Source of the DNA: Candidatus Dormiibacterota bacterium
GTDB lineage: Bacteria; Chloroflexota; Dormibacteria; Aeolococcales; Aeolococcaceae
Length of the DNA: 64,000 nucleotides
Direction: 5' to 3'
NCBI GenBank assembly: GCA_963718525.1
Contig: OY970355.1
Location: 832,001-896,000, forward strand
This document shows positions 1 to 10,277 of the stretch, piece by piece. How positions within the stretch are numbered: the stretch's first letter is position 1; the number at the start of each line of letters is the position of its first letter. Under the pieces are notes generated by a model. The model was not told the origin of the DNA. It made no database searches and saw only the letters and a list, made by a program, of their open reading frames with translations. The position numbers were made by a program, and so were the translations under genes.

Positions 1-1
1 G

Positions 2-157
2 ACGGCGGTGTACAACCCCGACACGCGGACCGCCACGGTCACGATCCAGAACGCGCCGTCCGGGACGTTGACCCTCGACATCGCAACCACGCTTGCCGAC
101 TTCGAGGGACAGGCGCTTGCGCACAGCTTCGAGACCAAGGTCCAGGCAAACTCCTAG
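2..157 (+). CDS. 3' end of a probable secreted Ig-like (Big_5-type) domain protein, partial
   Basis: Open frame from window edge to TAG 155-157: TAVYNPDTRTATVTIQNAPSGTLTLDIATTLADFEGQALAHSFETKVQANS; beta-strand pattern ending in a D-x-x-G-x-x-L motif. Confidence 0.5.
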   Translation, partial: TAVYNPDTRTATVTIQNAPSGTLTLDIATTLADFEGQALAHSFETKVQANS

Positions 158-915
158 CCGGCTGTGCTCCCAGTGGTGCACCACAGCGTTGCCCGAACCG
201 GGATGCGCATGGTCCCATCAGCGGCCGTGCAGCGCTCCAGCGCGCGCTGACACATCGCTCGACCTTCGCGCAGGGCCGGCTCGGATGTGTCGGTCAGCTC
301 GGCGGCGATCGGCCGTTCGACCACCATCGCCGCCCAGTAGTCCGCAATACCGTCGAAGCGCACCACGTCGTTGAGCGTCACCGCCTCCCAGTGCGTTGCT
401 TGCACGGGATATGGGCCGGCGAGCGCGCTTGCCAGGAAGAGGGAGTCAATTCCAGTGACGGCGCGCAGAGCGTCGAGCAGTGCGACTTCGTGCATCGGTG
501 GTTCCGACGCGTCCCACGTGAGCACGCCGGCGCGGCCACCGGGACGCGTTGCGCGCCTCGCTGCGTCGAGCAGCAACTCGCCGTCCCAGAACCCGTAGGT
601 GCAGAGCGACGCCACGCGGTCGCATGACGCGTGGCCCAGCGGGATGCCGCCTCCAGCAGCGAGCAATGTCGATGCACCACACCCGGTGTCCGAGACATCA
701 CGCTCGGCGTCTCCGAGCAGTGCGGTCTCCGTGTCGACGAGCATGACGTGCCCGCGAGTCCCGACTGCACTGCCAAGCGCAACCCCACCAACGCCCGTGT
801 CGCAGATGAGGTCGCACGCGGCCTCACCCGCTTGCACGCCGAGCAGCGCGACCACCTGCTCGGCAAGCGGCCGAAGCACCGCGCGTGCGTACAGCCGCCC
901 GAAGCGCGGCTCCAC
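154..915 (-). CDS. Class I SAM-dependent methyltransferase-like protein (UbiE/Methyltransf_11 type), degenerate motif I
   Basis: GTG 915 just after the accC stop; ACDLICDTG (motif I-like), LVD, IPLGHASCDRVAS, TRPGGRAGVLTW. Confidence 0.7.
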   Translation of the reverse strand: MEPRFGRLYARAVLRPLAEQVVALLGVQAGEAACDLICDTGVGGVALGSAVGTRGHVMLVDTETALLGDAERDVSDTGCGASTLLAAGGGIPLGHASCDRVASLCTYGFWDGELLLDAARRATRPGGRAGVLTWDASEPPMHEVALLDALRAVTGIDSLFLASALAGPYPVQATHWEAVTLNDVVRFDGIADYWAAMVVERPIAAELTDTSEPALREGRAMCQRALERCTAADGTMRIPVRATLWCTTGSTAG

Positions 916-919
916 GCCG

Positions 920-2362
920 TCAGCCCGAGACGGCGATCGCGGCGGAGATGGCAGCGACGCGCGCCGGGTCGCGGACCACGCGCCGGAACGGCTCCTGCTG
1001 TTCCGCCCATGCGTCCGCCGCCGCAACCAGCTCCGGATGCTGCTCGATGAACGCGGTGCTGTACGTCCCGGCACGAAAGTCCGGATCAGCGATCACGGCA
1101 AGGTGGTACGCGATGTTGGTGCGTATCCCGTTGATGACGTACTCCAGCAACGCGCGGCGCATCCGATCGAGCGCCATGTCACGCGTCGGTCCATAGGTGA
1201 TCAGCTTGGCGATCATCGGGTCGTAGTTGGGGGAGACCAGCCCGGCGCTCACCAGCGAGCTGTCGACGCGCACACCCGGACCTGCGGGCTCGTGGTAGCC
1301 GGTCACCTGCCCGGGCGAGGGAAGAAAGCCCTTCGCGTAGTTCTCCGCATTGATCCGGCACTCGACGGCATGTCCGCGCGGCACCACCTCCTCCTGGGTC
1401 AGCGACAGCCGCTCCCCAGCTGCGATGCGCAGCTGTTCGGCCACGAGGTCGATGCCGTAGACGAGCTCGGTGACCGGATGCTCGACCTGCAGGCGGGTGT
1501 TCATCTCGAGGAAATAGAACTCACCCTCGCGGTAGATGAATTCGACGGTGCCGGCGTTGACATATCCGACCGCCTTTGCGGCAGTGACCGCGGCGTGTCC
1601 CATCCGCGCGCGGGTCGCCGCATCGATGACCGGTGAGGGCGCCTCCTCGACGATCTTCTGATGACGGCGCTGGACGGAGCACTCCCGCTCTCCGAGGTGG
1701 ATGACATTGCCGTGCGTGTCCGCAAGCACCTGGATCTCGATGTGGCGCGGCTCCTCGAGGTAGCGCTCGAGAAAGATCGTGTCGTTCCCGAATGCTCGCT
1801 GCGCGGTGCTCTTCGCGGTGTCGAATGACGCGCGGAGCTCGGCCTCGTCGCGGGCGACGCGCATCCCGATGCCGCCGCCACCCGCGCTCGCCTTGATCAA
1901 GACGGGGTAGCCGATCTGCGCTGCTGCGTGGACCGTCTCATCGAGATCCCCGAGCGCACCGGTCCCAGGGACGACTGGGACGCCCGATTCGCGCATGCGC
2001 TCGCGAGCCGGCACCTTCTCTCCCATCGCCGCCATGGCATCAGGCGTTGGCCCGACGAAGACGATGCCGCTCTCCTCGCACGCACGTGCGAGCTGCTGGT
2101 TCTCACTGAGAAAACCGTAGCCGGGATGAATCGCCTGAGCGCCAGTGGAGCGAGCCGCGTCGATGATCCGGTCGATGACAAGATACGACTGTGCCGCAGG
2201 CGCCGGGCCGATCTCCACCGCCTCGTCGGCGAGCAGCACGAATGCGGCGGTGCGGTCGGCATCGCTGTGCACGGCGACTGTTCGCACGCCGAGGTCGCGG
2301 CACCCGCGGAGGATCCGCAGCGCGATCTCACCACGGTTGGCGATGAGGACTTTGTCGAACAT
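920..2362 (-). CDS. accC: Biotin carboxylase subunit
   Basis: KVLIANRGEIA, GYGFLSEN, KASAGGGG, ERECSVQRRHQK, FLEMNTRLQVEHPVTE, ECRINAE all intact. Confidence 0.93.
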   Translation of the reverse strand: MFDKVLIANRGEIALRILRGCRDLGVRTVAVHSDADRTAAFVLLADEAVEIGPAPAAQSYLVIDRIIDAARSTGAQAIHPGYGFLSENQQLARACEESGIVFVGPTPDAMAAMGEKVPARERMRESGVPVVPGTGALGDLDETVHAAAQIGYPVLIKASAGGGGIGMRVARDEAELRASFDTAKSTAQRAFGNDTIFLERYLEEPRHIEIQVLADTHGNVIHLGERECSVQRRHQKIVEEAPSPVIDAATRARMGHAAVTAAKAVGYVNAGTVEFIYREGEFYFLEMNTRLQVEHPVTELVYGIDLVAEQLRIAAGERLSLTQEEVVPRGHAVECRINAENYAKGFLPSPGQVTGYHEPAGPGVRVDSSLVSAGLVSPNYDPMIAKLITYGPTRDMALDRMRRALLEYVINGIRTNIAYHLAVIADPDFRAGTYSTAFIEQHPELVAAADAWAEQQEPFRRVVRDPARVAAISAAIAVSG

Positions 2363-2384
2363 CAAGCAACCGCCCGGATGCTGG

Positions 2385-4178
2385 TCATGCGTCGATCTGT
2401 ATGAGCGGCGCCCGCGGGCTCACCACAACGCCTTCGGTCACGTACACCTCGGTGACCGTACCTGTCCGCGTCGCCGTGATGTCGTTCTGCATCTTCATCG
2501 CCTCGAGCACGCAGACGACGTCACCCAGTGCGACGCGGTCGCCAACCTTGACGTTCACCTTGAGCAGCAACCCCTGCATCGGCGATACCACCGTCCCCTC
2601 TCGCACCGCCGGCGCCGCAGGTGTCGCCGGCGCTGCGACAGCAGCACCACCGGCATCAATGCCGCCGATGATGCGCACCGCATAGCTCTGCCCGTCGACC
2701 TCCACAGTCAGCTCGCGAACCGGCAGCGCCTGTGGCTCGCCGGCCTGCGCCTCACCCGGGTCGGCAGCGACTTCGCTCGGGGGTTCTGACGTCCCCGCAA
2801 CCGGGGCGACATCCGGCTCGTCCCCGAGCCGTTCGGCGACGGCGTCGCCGCGTACGAGGTTGAGATAGGCATTCGGGAACAGCGCGTACGTGACCATCGC
2901 GGCGAGGTCGGGCTTCGCATATCCCTCGCGAACCAGCTCGCGGCGCGTCGTCTCCATGACCGGCTCGAGCAGGTCGGCGGGGCGGCAGGTGATCGGCTCT
3001 TCGCGGCCGTTCACCAGACGCCGCACCTCCGGGTCGATCGCTTCGGGAGGCTCGCCGTAGAGGCCGAGACAGTAGTCCTTGATCTCCTGGCTGATGGTCG
3101 CGTAGCGGTCACCCTCGACCACGTTGTATACGGCCTGGGTTGCCATGATCTCGGTGAGCGGGGTGATCAGCGGTGGGTAGCCGAGCTCGGCGCGGACCTG
3201 GACGACGTCGGCCTCCACCTCGGCGAGCCGTCCCAGCGCATTGCGCTCGCGCAGCTCGGCAATCGCGTGGCCCATCGCCGAGGGCGGAAGCAAACCGCGC
3301 AGCGCCGAGGTGTCGAGCCGGGCCGCCAGCGGATCGACGACATCGGTGTAATGGACGAGCTCCTGCTCGAGGACCAGCGCAGCGGCTGCGACCCGCTCGA
3401 GGTCGAGGCCGCAGTCGACTTCGGTTCCCGCGAACCCGGCAATCAACGCCTCGGCGCCTGGCATCGACGCACCGCCCGCAAGTGGGGACAGAGCGCAGTC
3501 GGCTCGGTACGCGCCGGCGAGCGCCGCGGAATGGCAGGCCAGCGCGGCCATCCCCGTTTGCGCGGAGATCGAGACCGCCACCGGCACCCCAGCGGCTTCG
3601 CGGATCACCTTGACCGCCCGTGCGGCCGCCGCAGCGCCGAGGACGCCGAGGGGATCGTGGAGGCAGATGGTCGGATACCCGGCGTCGACCAGCCTGCGAG
3701 CCACGTCCCCCAATCCTTCAAGGCCGCGACCCGGCACCACGTTGTGGACGATGACCCCTTCGGCCTGCTTGCCGGTCGCCGCGATCGCGATCGAGCATCG
3801 CTCCAGGTTGCGGACGTCGTTGAGCGGGTCGTAGCAACGGAAGATGTCGACGCCCGCCTCGGCCGACGCCTCGATGAAGGCATCCACAAGGTCGTCCGAG
3901 ACCTGGCGGTGCCCCACCAGCGACTGACCGGCGATCAGCGCCAGGAATGGCGTGATCGGTGCAGCGGCCCTGATCGCGCGCAGGCGCTCGAATGGGTCCT
4001 CAGCGAGAAATCGCAGCGATGCCTCGAAGGTCGAACCGCCGAAGACATCGAGAGCGGCAAAGCCGCAGTGATCGAGGGTCTCGGCGACCGGCAGGACGTG
4101 GCGGAGGCGCAGCCTGCTGACCATGAGCGACTGCTGCCCATGGCGGAGCGACGTCTCCACCAATTCGAGGCGGGGCAT
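2385..4178 (-). CDS. Pyruvate carboxylase subunit B / oxaloacetate decarboxylase alpha-like protein with C-terminal biotinyl domain; carboxyltransferase site degenerate
   Basis: GGSTFEASLRFLAEDPFERLR, DPLNDVRNL, VRAELGYPPLITP, GLYGEPP, ITCRPADLLEP, biotin motif EAMKMQN. Confidence 0.88.
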   Translation of the reverse strand: MPRLELVETSLRHGQQSLMVSRLRLRHVLPVAETLDHCGFAALDVFGGSTFEASLRFLAEDPFERLRAIRAAAPITPFLALIAGQSLVGHRQVSDDLVDAFIEASAEAGVDIFRCYDPLNDVRNLERCSIAIAATGKQAEGVIVHNVVPGRGLEGLGDVARRLVDAGYPTICLHDPLGVLGAAAAARAVKVIREAAGVPVAVSISAQTGMAALACHSAALAGAYRADCALSPLAGGASMPGAEALIAGFAGTEVDCGLDLERVAAAALVLEQELVHYTDVVDPLAARLDTSALRGLLPPSAMGHAIAELRERNALGRLAEVEADVVQVRAELGYPPLITPLTEIMATQAVYNVVEGDRYATISQEIKDYCLGLYGEPPEAIDPEVRRLVNGREEPITCRPADLLEPVMETTRRELVREGYAKPDLAAMVTYALFPNAYLNLVRGDAVAERLGDEPDVAPVAGTSEPPSEVAADPGEAQAGEPQALPVRELTVEVDGQSYAVRIIGGIDAGGAAVAAPATPAAPAVREGTVVSPMQGLLLKVNVKVGDRVALGDVVCVLEAMKMQNDITATRTGTVTEVYVTEGVVVSPRAPLIQIDA

Positions 4179-4214
4179 GCGGGGCAATTCTAGGGCTACG
4201 CCCGGAGCACCCTC

Positions 4215-4712
4215 CTACTCGAAGTGGAATCCTTCGGGGAGTTGCACTTTGGAGCGCATGCGGGCGCGCTCCTCCTTGATCCGAGCGGCGACGTCCGGGT
4301 CGAAGAGACCGATGATCTCGGCGGCGAGGTGCCCGGCGTTTCGCGCGCCCATCGCCCCGACCGCGACGGTTGCAACGGGGATGCCGGGCGGCATCTGCAC
4401 GATCGAGAGGAGCGAGTCGAACCCCGCGAGCGGCGTCGCGGCGAGCGGCACGCCGATCACCGGCAGCGTGGTCAGCGACGCCAGCACGCCTGGGAGGTGC
4501 GCTGCCGCTCCAGCGCCGGCGATGAGCACCCGGAGCCCGCGCTCGGGCGCGGCGAGCGCGTACGCGCGCACGACGTCACCTGCTCGGTGCGCCGACATGA
4601 CCCCGATCTCCCAGCCGATCCCGTAGCCGTCGAGCACCTCGCCGCAGGTGTTCATCACCGGAAGATCGGACTCGCTCCCGACCACGATCCCGACGCGCAC
4701 CGGCTCGCTCAC
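4215..4712 (-). CDS. purE: N5-CAIR mutase (class I PurE)
   Basis: VGSESD, SAHR, AGAAAHLPG, PVIGVP, SIVQMPPGIPVATV. Confidence 0.96.
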   Translation of the reverse strand: MSEPVRVGIVVGSESDLPVMNTCGEVLDGYGIGWEIGVMSAHRAGDVVRAYALAAPERGLRVLIAGAGAAAHLPGVLASLTTLPVIGVPLAATPLAGFDSLLSIVQMPPGIPVATVAVGAMGARNAGHLAAEIIGLFDPDVAARIKEERARMRSKVQLPEGFHFE

Positions 4713-6004
4713 GACTGCACGCCGGCGGTGACCGGTCGTCCGATGTCCGTACGCTGCTGCATGCCGTCGAAATGCACGCGCGCAAGATTGCCATACGCGC
4801 GTGCGCGGGCGGCCCCGACGTCGGCGCCGAGCGCGGTCACGCAGAGCACGCGGCCGCCTGCGGTCCGCAGCGTGCCGTCCTGGTCGCGCGTTGTTCCCGC
4901 GTGAAAACAGAGCACGTCACCGTCGAGCGCATCGGTCCCGGTGATGACGTCACCGCGACGCACGTCGCCGGGGTATCCAGCCGCCGCCGCAACCACGCCG
5001 ACCGCGGCACCGTGTGCAGCGGCGGCGATACCCGCAGTCACCTCACCGTGCGCGCATGCTGTCAGCACGTCGAGCAGGGACTCGTCAAGCAGCGGCACGA
5101 CAACCTGTGTCTCCGGGTCGCCGAAGCGAGCGTTGAACTCGAGGACGCGAACCCCGTCGCGCGTGAGCATCAGGCCCGCATAGAGACAGCCGACAAAGGG
5201 ATGTCCCTGCTCGTGGAGTGCGGCGATGCAGGGATCGAGCACTGTGCGGGTCACCTCCTCGAGGAATGCGCTCGAGGCGACGTCCGGGGGCGGCGCCACG
5301 GCACCCATGCCGCCGGTGTTGGGCCCGCGATCGCCGTCGTGGATGCGCTTGTGATCACGGGCCGGCACCAAGGTGCGCACATTGCGACCGTCGCTGAGTC
5401 CGAAAACGCTCACCTCGGGTCCATTGAGCATCTCCTCGACGACCACGTGACGGCCCGCCTGGCCGAAGCGAAGCTCGCCGAGGCATTCGTCAAGCGCGCG
5501 CTCCGCCTCCTCGAGATTGGCGCAGACCATGACCCCCTTGCCGAGCGCGAGCCCGTCGGCCTTGACCACGCATGCCCCTCCCAGCTCGCCGATGAAGGCC
5601 ACGAGCTTGGTGCGATCGTCTGCTCCACCCGCGCGCCACCGCGCCGTGGGAATCCCCGCCAACTCCATCACCTGCTTCGCAAACGTCTTGGACGACTCGA
5701 TTCGCGCGGCTGCGGCCGTCGGACCGAAGACGGACACGCCTCGCTGGATGCATGCGTCGGCCACGCCGGCCGCGGCCGCGGCATCGGGGCCGATGATCAC
5801 CAGGTCCACCGAGCGTTCCGCCGCAAGACGGGCGACCGCGGGGGCATCGGTGACATCGACGGCGACGTTCTCGGCAATCTCAGCGGTGCCCCCGTTGCCC
5901 GGCGCGACGATCACCGCCACATCGGGCGCATCGCGACGGCAGGCCCAGGCCAGCGCATGCTCGCGTCCGCCGGATCCGACGACGAGAACCCGACCTACTC
6001 CCAT
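4709..6004 (-). CDS. purD: Phosphoribosylamine--glycine ligase
   Basis: [52 protein letters not shown]. Confidence 0.96.
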   Translation of the reverse strand: MGVGRVLVVGSGGREHALAWACRRDAPDVAVIVAPGNGGTAEIAENVAVDVTDAPAVARLAAERSVDLVIIGPDAAAAAGVADACIQRGVSVFGPTAAAARIESSKTFAKQVMELAGIPTARWRAGGADDRTKLVAFIGELGGACVVKADGLALGKGVMVCANLEEAERALDECLGELRFGQAGRHVVVEEMLNGPEVSVFGLSDGRNVRTLVPARDHKRIHDGDRGPNTGGMGAVAPPPDVASSAFLEEVTRTVLDPCIAALHEQGHPFVGCLYAGLMLTRDGVRVLEFNARFGDPETQVVVPLLDESLLDVLTACAHGEVTAGIAAAAHGAAVGVVAAAAGYPGDVRRGDVITGTDALDGDVLCFHAGTTRDQDGTLRTAGGRVLCVTALGADVGAARARAYGNLARVHFDGMQQRTDIGRPVTAGVQS

Positions 6005-7581
6005 TCGATCGTCGACGGCGGTTTGCTCGAGATGTCGTAGACGACCCGGTTGATGCCCGGGACCTCGTTGACGATGCGCCGGCTGATCAGTCCCAGCACG
6101 TCGTAGGGGACTCGCGCCCAGTCAGCGGTCATGCCATCCTCGCTCTCGACGATGCGCACCGCGACGACGTTCCCATAGGTGCGGAAGTCGCCCATCACGC
6201 CCACCGACGAGATCGGCGTCAGGATCGCAAACGACTGCCACACCTTGCGGTAGAGGCCGCTGCGTTTGATCTCGTCGATCACCACCCAGTCGGCGGCGCG
6301 GAGCGTCTCGAGGCGCTCACGGGTCACCGCCCCGATGATGCGGATGGCAAGACCGGGACCCGGAAACGGCTGGCGGAACACCATGTCCTCCGGCAGCCCG
6401 AGCGCGAGTCCGACGTTGCGCACCTCGTCCTTGAACAGGTAGCGCAGCGGCTCGACGAGCTCGAAGCGGAGATTCTCGGGGAGCCCGCCCACGTTGTGGT
6501 GCGTCTTGATCTTGTTGGCGTTGTGGGTGTCGTGTGATGTCGACTCGATGACGTCTGGGTAGAGCGTCCCCTGGGCAAGGAAATCGATCGATCCCAGTCG
6601 CGTCGCTTGCTCCTCGAAGACGCGGATGAACGTGGCCCCGATCCGGCGGCGTTTCTCCTCGGGGTCGACCACGCCGGCGAGGGCGTCGAGAAACTGGTCG
6701 GTGGCGTCGACGTGGACGAGACTGATGTGGCGCTGCGTCCGCATCACGTCGATGACGCGGTCGCCCTCGGCACGCCGGAGCAGGCCGTTGTCGACGAAGA
6801 CGCAGGTGAGCTGGTCACCGACGGCGCGATGCACGAGCGTCGCGGCCACCGCCGAGTCCACACCTCCGCTGAGCGCGCAGATCACCTTGCCGTCGCCGAT
6901 CTGACGCCGGAGCGCGCTGATCGTCATCTCGATGAACGATGCGGCCTCCCAGGTGCCTGCGCATGCGCAGACGTCAAAGAGGAAGTTGCGCAGGATGTCG
7001 CGTCCCAGGGGTGTGTGCGCGACCTCGGGATGGAACTGGATCCCGTAGCGCTTGCCAGGCCCGATGAAGGCTGCACAGGCCGAGTTGAGGGAGTGGGCAA
7101 TCGGACGGAAGCCCGGGGGGAGCGCGGTGACGACGTCACCGTGCGACATCCAGACCGCAAGCTCCGCGGGCAGCTTCGCGAACAGCCCGGCGGCCTCGTC
7201 GACAGTCACGGACGCGTGTCCATACTCCCGGCGTTCTGCGGGAGCGACCCCACCACCGAGGTCGACCGCGAGCAGATCCATCCCATAGCAGATGCCGAGA
7301 ATCGGGATGTCGAGCTCGTACACCGCCGGGTCGGGATGGGGTGCACCGGCTTCGAACACCGATGCAGGACCTCCGCTGAAGATGAGGCCGCGCGGATTGC
7401 GGCTGCGGATCTCGTCAGCGCTGATCGTGCCAGGCACCAGTTCGCAGTACACCTTGGCCTCGCGCACCCGTCGCGCGATCAGCTGCGAGTACTGGCTTCC
7501 GAAATCGAGGACGAGGACGGTGTCCTGAGCGATCTGCACAGGCGTGCGCGCCACCGCGCCTGCGTCAGTCGCGACCGTCAT
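5995..7581 (-). CDS. guaA: GMP synthase (glutamine-hydrolysing)
   Basis: [56 protein letters not shown]. Confidence 0.97.
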   Translation of the reverse strand: MTVATDAGAVARTPVQIAQDTVLVLDFGSQYSQLIARRVREAKVYCELVPGTISADEIRSRNPRGLIFSGGPASVFEAGAPHPDPAVYELDIPILGICYGMDLLAVDLGGGVAPAERREYGHASVTVDEAAGLFAKLPAELAVWMSHGDVVTALPPGFRPIAHSLNSACAAFIGPGKRYGIQFHPEVAHTPLGRDILRNFLFDVCACAGTWEAASFIEMTISALRRQIGDGKVICALSGGVDSAVAATLVHRAVGDQLTCVFVDNGLLRRAEGDRVIDVMRTQRHISLVHVDATDQFLDALAGVVDPEEKRRRIGATFIRVFEEQATRLGSIDFLAQGTLYPDVIESTSHDTHNANKIKTHHNVGGLPENLRFELVEPLRYLFKDEVRNVGLALGLPEDMVFRQPFPGPGLAIRIIGAVTRERLETLRAADWVVIDEIKRSGLYRKVWQSFAILTPISSVGVMGDFRTYGNVVAVRIVESEDGMTADWARVPYDVLGLISRRIVNEVPGINRVVYDISSKPPSTIEWE

Positions 7582-7603
7582 CGCTGTCCGTCCACCCCGA
7601 GCA

Positions 7604-8764
7604 CTACACCCCCATCCCGACACGCTGTTCACGCTGCTGCACCTTTCCCTCGGTCTTGATCGAGGGCGCGATCACCATCTCGGTTTCCTGGAACTCGGCG
7701 ATGTTCCGTGCGCCGCAGACACCCATCGCCGTCTTCAGCGCACCGACGAGGTTCATGCTCCCGTCGTCGACGTGGGCCGGACCGAAGAGGATCTCGCGGA
7801 GTGTTCCCTTGATACCGGTGCGAATGCGCGTTCCACGTGGCAGGTTCGGATCCGGAGTCGCCATGCCCCAATGGTTGCCATGCCCTGCGGCTTCCGCCGA
7901 CGCCGCGAAGATCGAGCCGATCATCACTGCATCCGCACCACTCGCAAAGGCCTTCGCGACGTCGCCCCCGAGCCGCATGCCGCCGTCCGTGATGATCGCG
8001 ACCCGCTCGCCACTGCGGCGGAAGTGGTCGTCGCGAGCGGCCGCGCAGTCGCTCGTGGCCGTGACCTGAGGCACGCCCACGCCGAGCACCGCACGGGTGG
8101 TGCACGCGGCACCCGGGCCGACGCCGACGAGCAGTCCTTTGATGCCCGTGTCCATCAGCTCAAGGGCAGTGGCGTAGTCGACGCAGTTGCCGGCAACCAC
8201 CGGGATGTCGACAGAGTGGGTCAGCTCCGAGAACGACAGATGCTTGTACGACTTGCTGACGTGGCGGGCTGTGAGCACGGTCCCCTGCACCACCAGCATG
8301 TGCGCTCCCGCTTCCTGGACGATCGGCGCCCGGCGCTCCGCGTGCGCAGGAACCGTGGAGACCGCGCAGGGCACCCCTGCACTGGTGATCTCCTCGATTC
8401 GCTGGCCGATGAGCCCGTCCTGCACGGGCGCTGTGTAGATCTTTTGCAGCAGTGTGTTGATCTGATCCGGCGGGGAGTCGGCGATAGCGGCCAGCACCTC
8501 GGCCGGATCCTCATACCGCGTCTGGACACCGTCGAGATTGAGCACCGCAAGCCCACCCAAACGGCCCATCTCCACCGCGAAGTGGGTGTCCACGACACCG
8601 TCCATGGCGGCGGCGAGGAAGGGAATCTCCAGCGTCGTCCCGTTCACCGCAAAGGAGACGTCGATTTCGGCCGGGTTCACGGTCACGCGACCAGGGACAA
8701 GTGCAACCTCATCGAACCCATAGGCGCGCCGGGCACGCTTGCCTCTGCCCAACTCGAACTCCAT
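7604..8764 (-). CDS. guaB: GuaB3-family IMP dehydrogenase (no CBS domains)
   Basis: [18 protein letters not shown], catalytic loop [29 protein letters not shown]. Confidence 0.9.
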   Translation of the reverse strand: MEFELGRGKRARRAYGFDEVALVPGRVTVNPAEIDVSFAVNGTTLEIPFLAAAMDGVVDTHFAVEMGRLGGLAVLNLDGVQTRYEDPAEVLAAIADSPPDQINTLLQKIYTAPVQDGLIGQRIEEITSAGVPCAVSTVPAHAERRAPIVQEAGAHMLVVQGTVLTARHVSKSYKHLSFSELTHSVDIPVVAGNCVDYATALELMDTGIKGLLVGVGPGAACTTRAVLGVGVPQVTATSDCAAARDDHFRRSGERVAIITDGGMRLGGDVAKAFASGADAVMIGSIFAASAEAAGHGNHWGMATPDPNLPRGTRIRTGIKGTLREILFGPAHVDDGSMNLVGALKTAMGVCGARNIAEFQETEMVIAPSIKTEGKVQQREQRVGMGV

Positions 8765-8770
8765 CTGGGG

Positions 8771-8776
8771 ATTCTA
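8771..8776 (-). promoter_or_regulatory. -10 hexamer TAGAAT, probable leaderless guaB3 promoter
   Basis: TAGAAT 6 nt before ATG 8764, no SD. Confidence 0.6.
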
Positions 8777-8806
8777 CAGGAGTGATGGGTGACTCCGGCC
8801 TCGGGA

Positions 8807-8854
8807 TCGCACCATCTTGTGGAGTTCAACCAGGGCATCCACCACATCTGGTGG
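8807..8854. promoter_or_regulatory. Tandem NrdR-box-like palindromes
   Basis: tcgCaccATcTtGtgg (8807-8822) and ccaCcAcATcTgGtgg (8839-8854), offset 32 bp; NrdR consensus acaCwAtATaTwGtg. Confidence 0.62.
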
Positions 8855-8904
8855 TCACCTCTCCGTGGCCCGGCGTGAGGTGCAGACTCGACACGCCGGC
8901 GACC

Positions 8905-10161
8905 CTAGGGATAGATTCCTCGAACCTTGGTTGCCTCGGCGACCTTGGTCACCGCGATCCGAAAAGCAGCGTCGCGCAGCGTGATCCCATGAGAGAGCGC
9001 CTCACCGTGCACCTGTTGATAACTCCGGGTCATCACCTCGCGAAGGCGGGAGTTCACCTCGCCCGAGCCCCAGAAGTAGGCCTGGATGTCCTGCACCCAT
9101 TCGAAATAGGAGACGACCACGCCGCCGGCATTGGCAAGGATGTCCGGGAGGATCAGGACGCCGCGGGCATCCAGCTCCGCGTCCGCCTCATAGGTGATCG
9201 GAGCGTTCGCACCTTCCGCGATCACCTTTGCGCGCACACGGCCGGCATTTCGCTCGCCGATCTGAGCCTCGAGCGCAGCTGGGACGAGCACCTCGACGTC
9301 GAGGGTGAGCAGCTCTTCGCGGTCGATCTGTTCGGCACCACCGTAGTCGGTGAAGTGGCCGCCCTCTTCCTTCAGGTGGCGCAACGCGGTCAGATCGAGT
9401 CCGTCGGCGCGGTAGAGGCTGCACGTGCTGTCCGACACCGCGACGACCGTCATGCCCTCCGCGGAGAGCAGTTCCGCAGACACGCCGCCGACCTTGCCGA
9501 AGCCCTGGATTGCGACACGCGCACCGGACGGATCCATCCCGGCGTCACGCATCGCGAGCACGGTGACCATGGTGAGTCCGCGCCCCGGCCCGGTGAAGCG
9601 GCCTTCGGAACCACCGATCGCCTGAGGCTTGCCGGTGACCGACGCGGGTACCGAGAATCCCGCGTGCATCGACAGCGTGTCCATGATCCACGCCATCACC
9701 TGCGGCCCCGTGCCGAGGTCGGGAGCGGGAATGTCGCGATCCGGACCAACGATGAGCGAGATCTCCGTCGTGAACCGCCGTGTCAGCCGTTCCAGCTCGG
9801 TGAGGCTCAGCAGATGCGGATCGCAGACCACGCCGCCTTTCGAGCCGCCAAACGGAACGTCGACGACCGCGGTCTTCCAGGTCATGTACATCGCCAGGGC
9901 TCGGGCGTCATCGAGCGTCATCGCCGGGTGGAAACGCAGTCCGCCCTTTGCCGGTCCGCGGGCGATGTTGTGCTGTACGCGAAAGCCGGTGAAGACGCGG
10001 AATGAGCCGTCGTCCATCTCCACCGGGAAATGCACCACAAGCTCGCGTTTGACTTCGCGCAGCACCGCTCGAAGGGAGTCTTCCAACCCTACGGCGTCGG
10101 CGGTGGCGTCGAACTGCCGCTGAGCAATGCTCAGGGCGGAGCGCTCATTGGTCCCGGACAT
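8905..10161 (-). CDS. gdhA: Glu/Leu/Phe/Val dehydrogenase (glutamate dehydrogenase)
   Basis: GPAKGGLRF, MTWK, GGSKGG, DIPAPD, QGFGKVG, EGAN, PDILANAGGVVVSYFEW. Confidence 0.9.
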   Translation of the reverse strand: MSGTNERSALSIAQRQFDATADAVGLEDSLRAVLREVKRELVVHFPVEMDDGSFRVFTGFRVQHNIARGPAKGGLRFHPAMTLDDARALAMYMTWKTAVVDVPFGGSKGGVVCDPHLLSLTELERLTRRFTTEISLIVGPDRDIPAPDLGTGPQVMAWIMDTLSMHAGFSVPASVTGKPQAIGGSEGRFTGPGRGLTMVTVLAMRDAGMDPSGARVAIQGFGKVGGVSAELLSAEGMTVVAVSDSTCSLYRADGLDLTALRHLKEEGGHFTDYGGAEQIDREELLTLDVEVLVPAALEAQIGERNAGRVRAKVIAEGANAPITYEADAELDARGVLILPDILANAGGVVVSYFEWVQDIQAYFWGSGEVNSRLREVMTRSYQQVHGEALSHGITLRDAAFRIAVTKVAEATKVRGIYP

Positions 10162-10230
10162 GCGCAGGCCGCACTATACGCAACAAGCCAGCGGTTTAGG
10201 TCAGTCCGCAGCGCCCGGATTAGCACTCCG

Positions 10231-10246
10231 ACGCGACATGTAGTTG
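10231..10246. promoter_or_regulatory. Single NrdR-box-like palindrome in the gdhA / H1-like divergent region
   Basis: acgCgAcATgTaGttg matches the CnAnATnTnG core. Confidence 0.4.
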
Positions 10247-10277
10247 CCTGCCCTGGCAGCAACGCGATGCGCAATCA

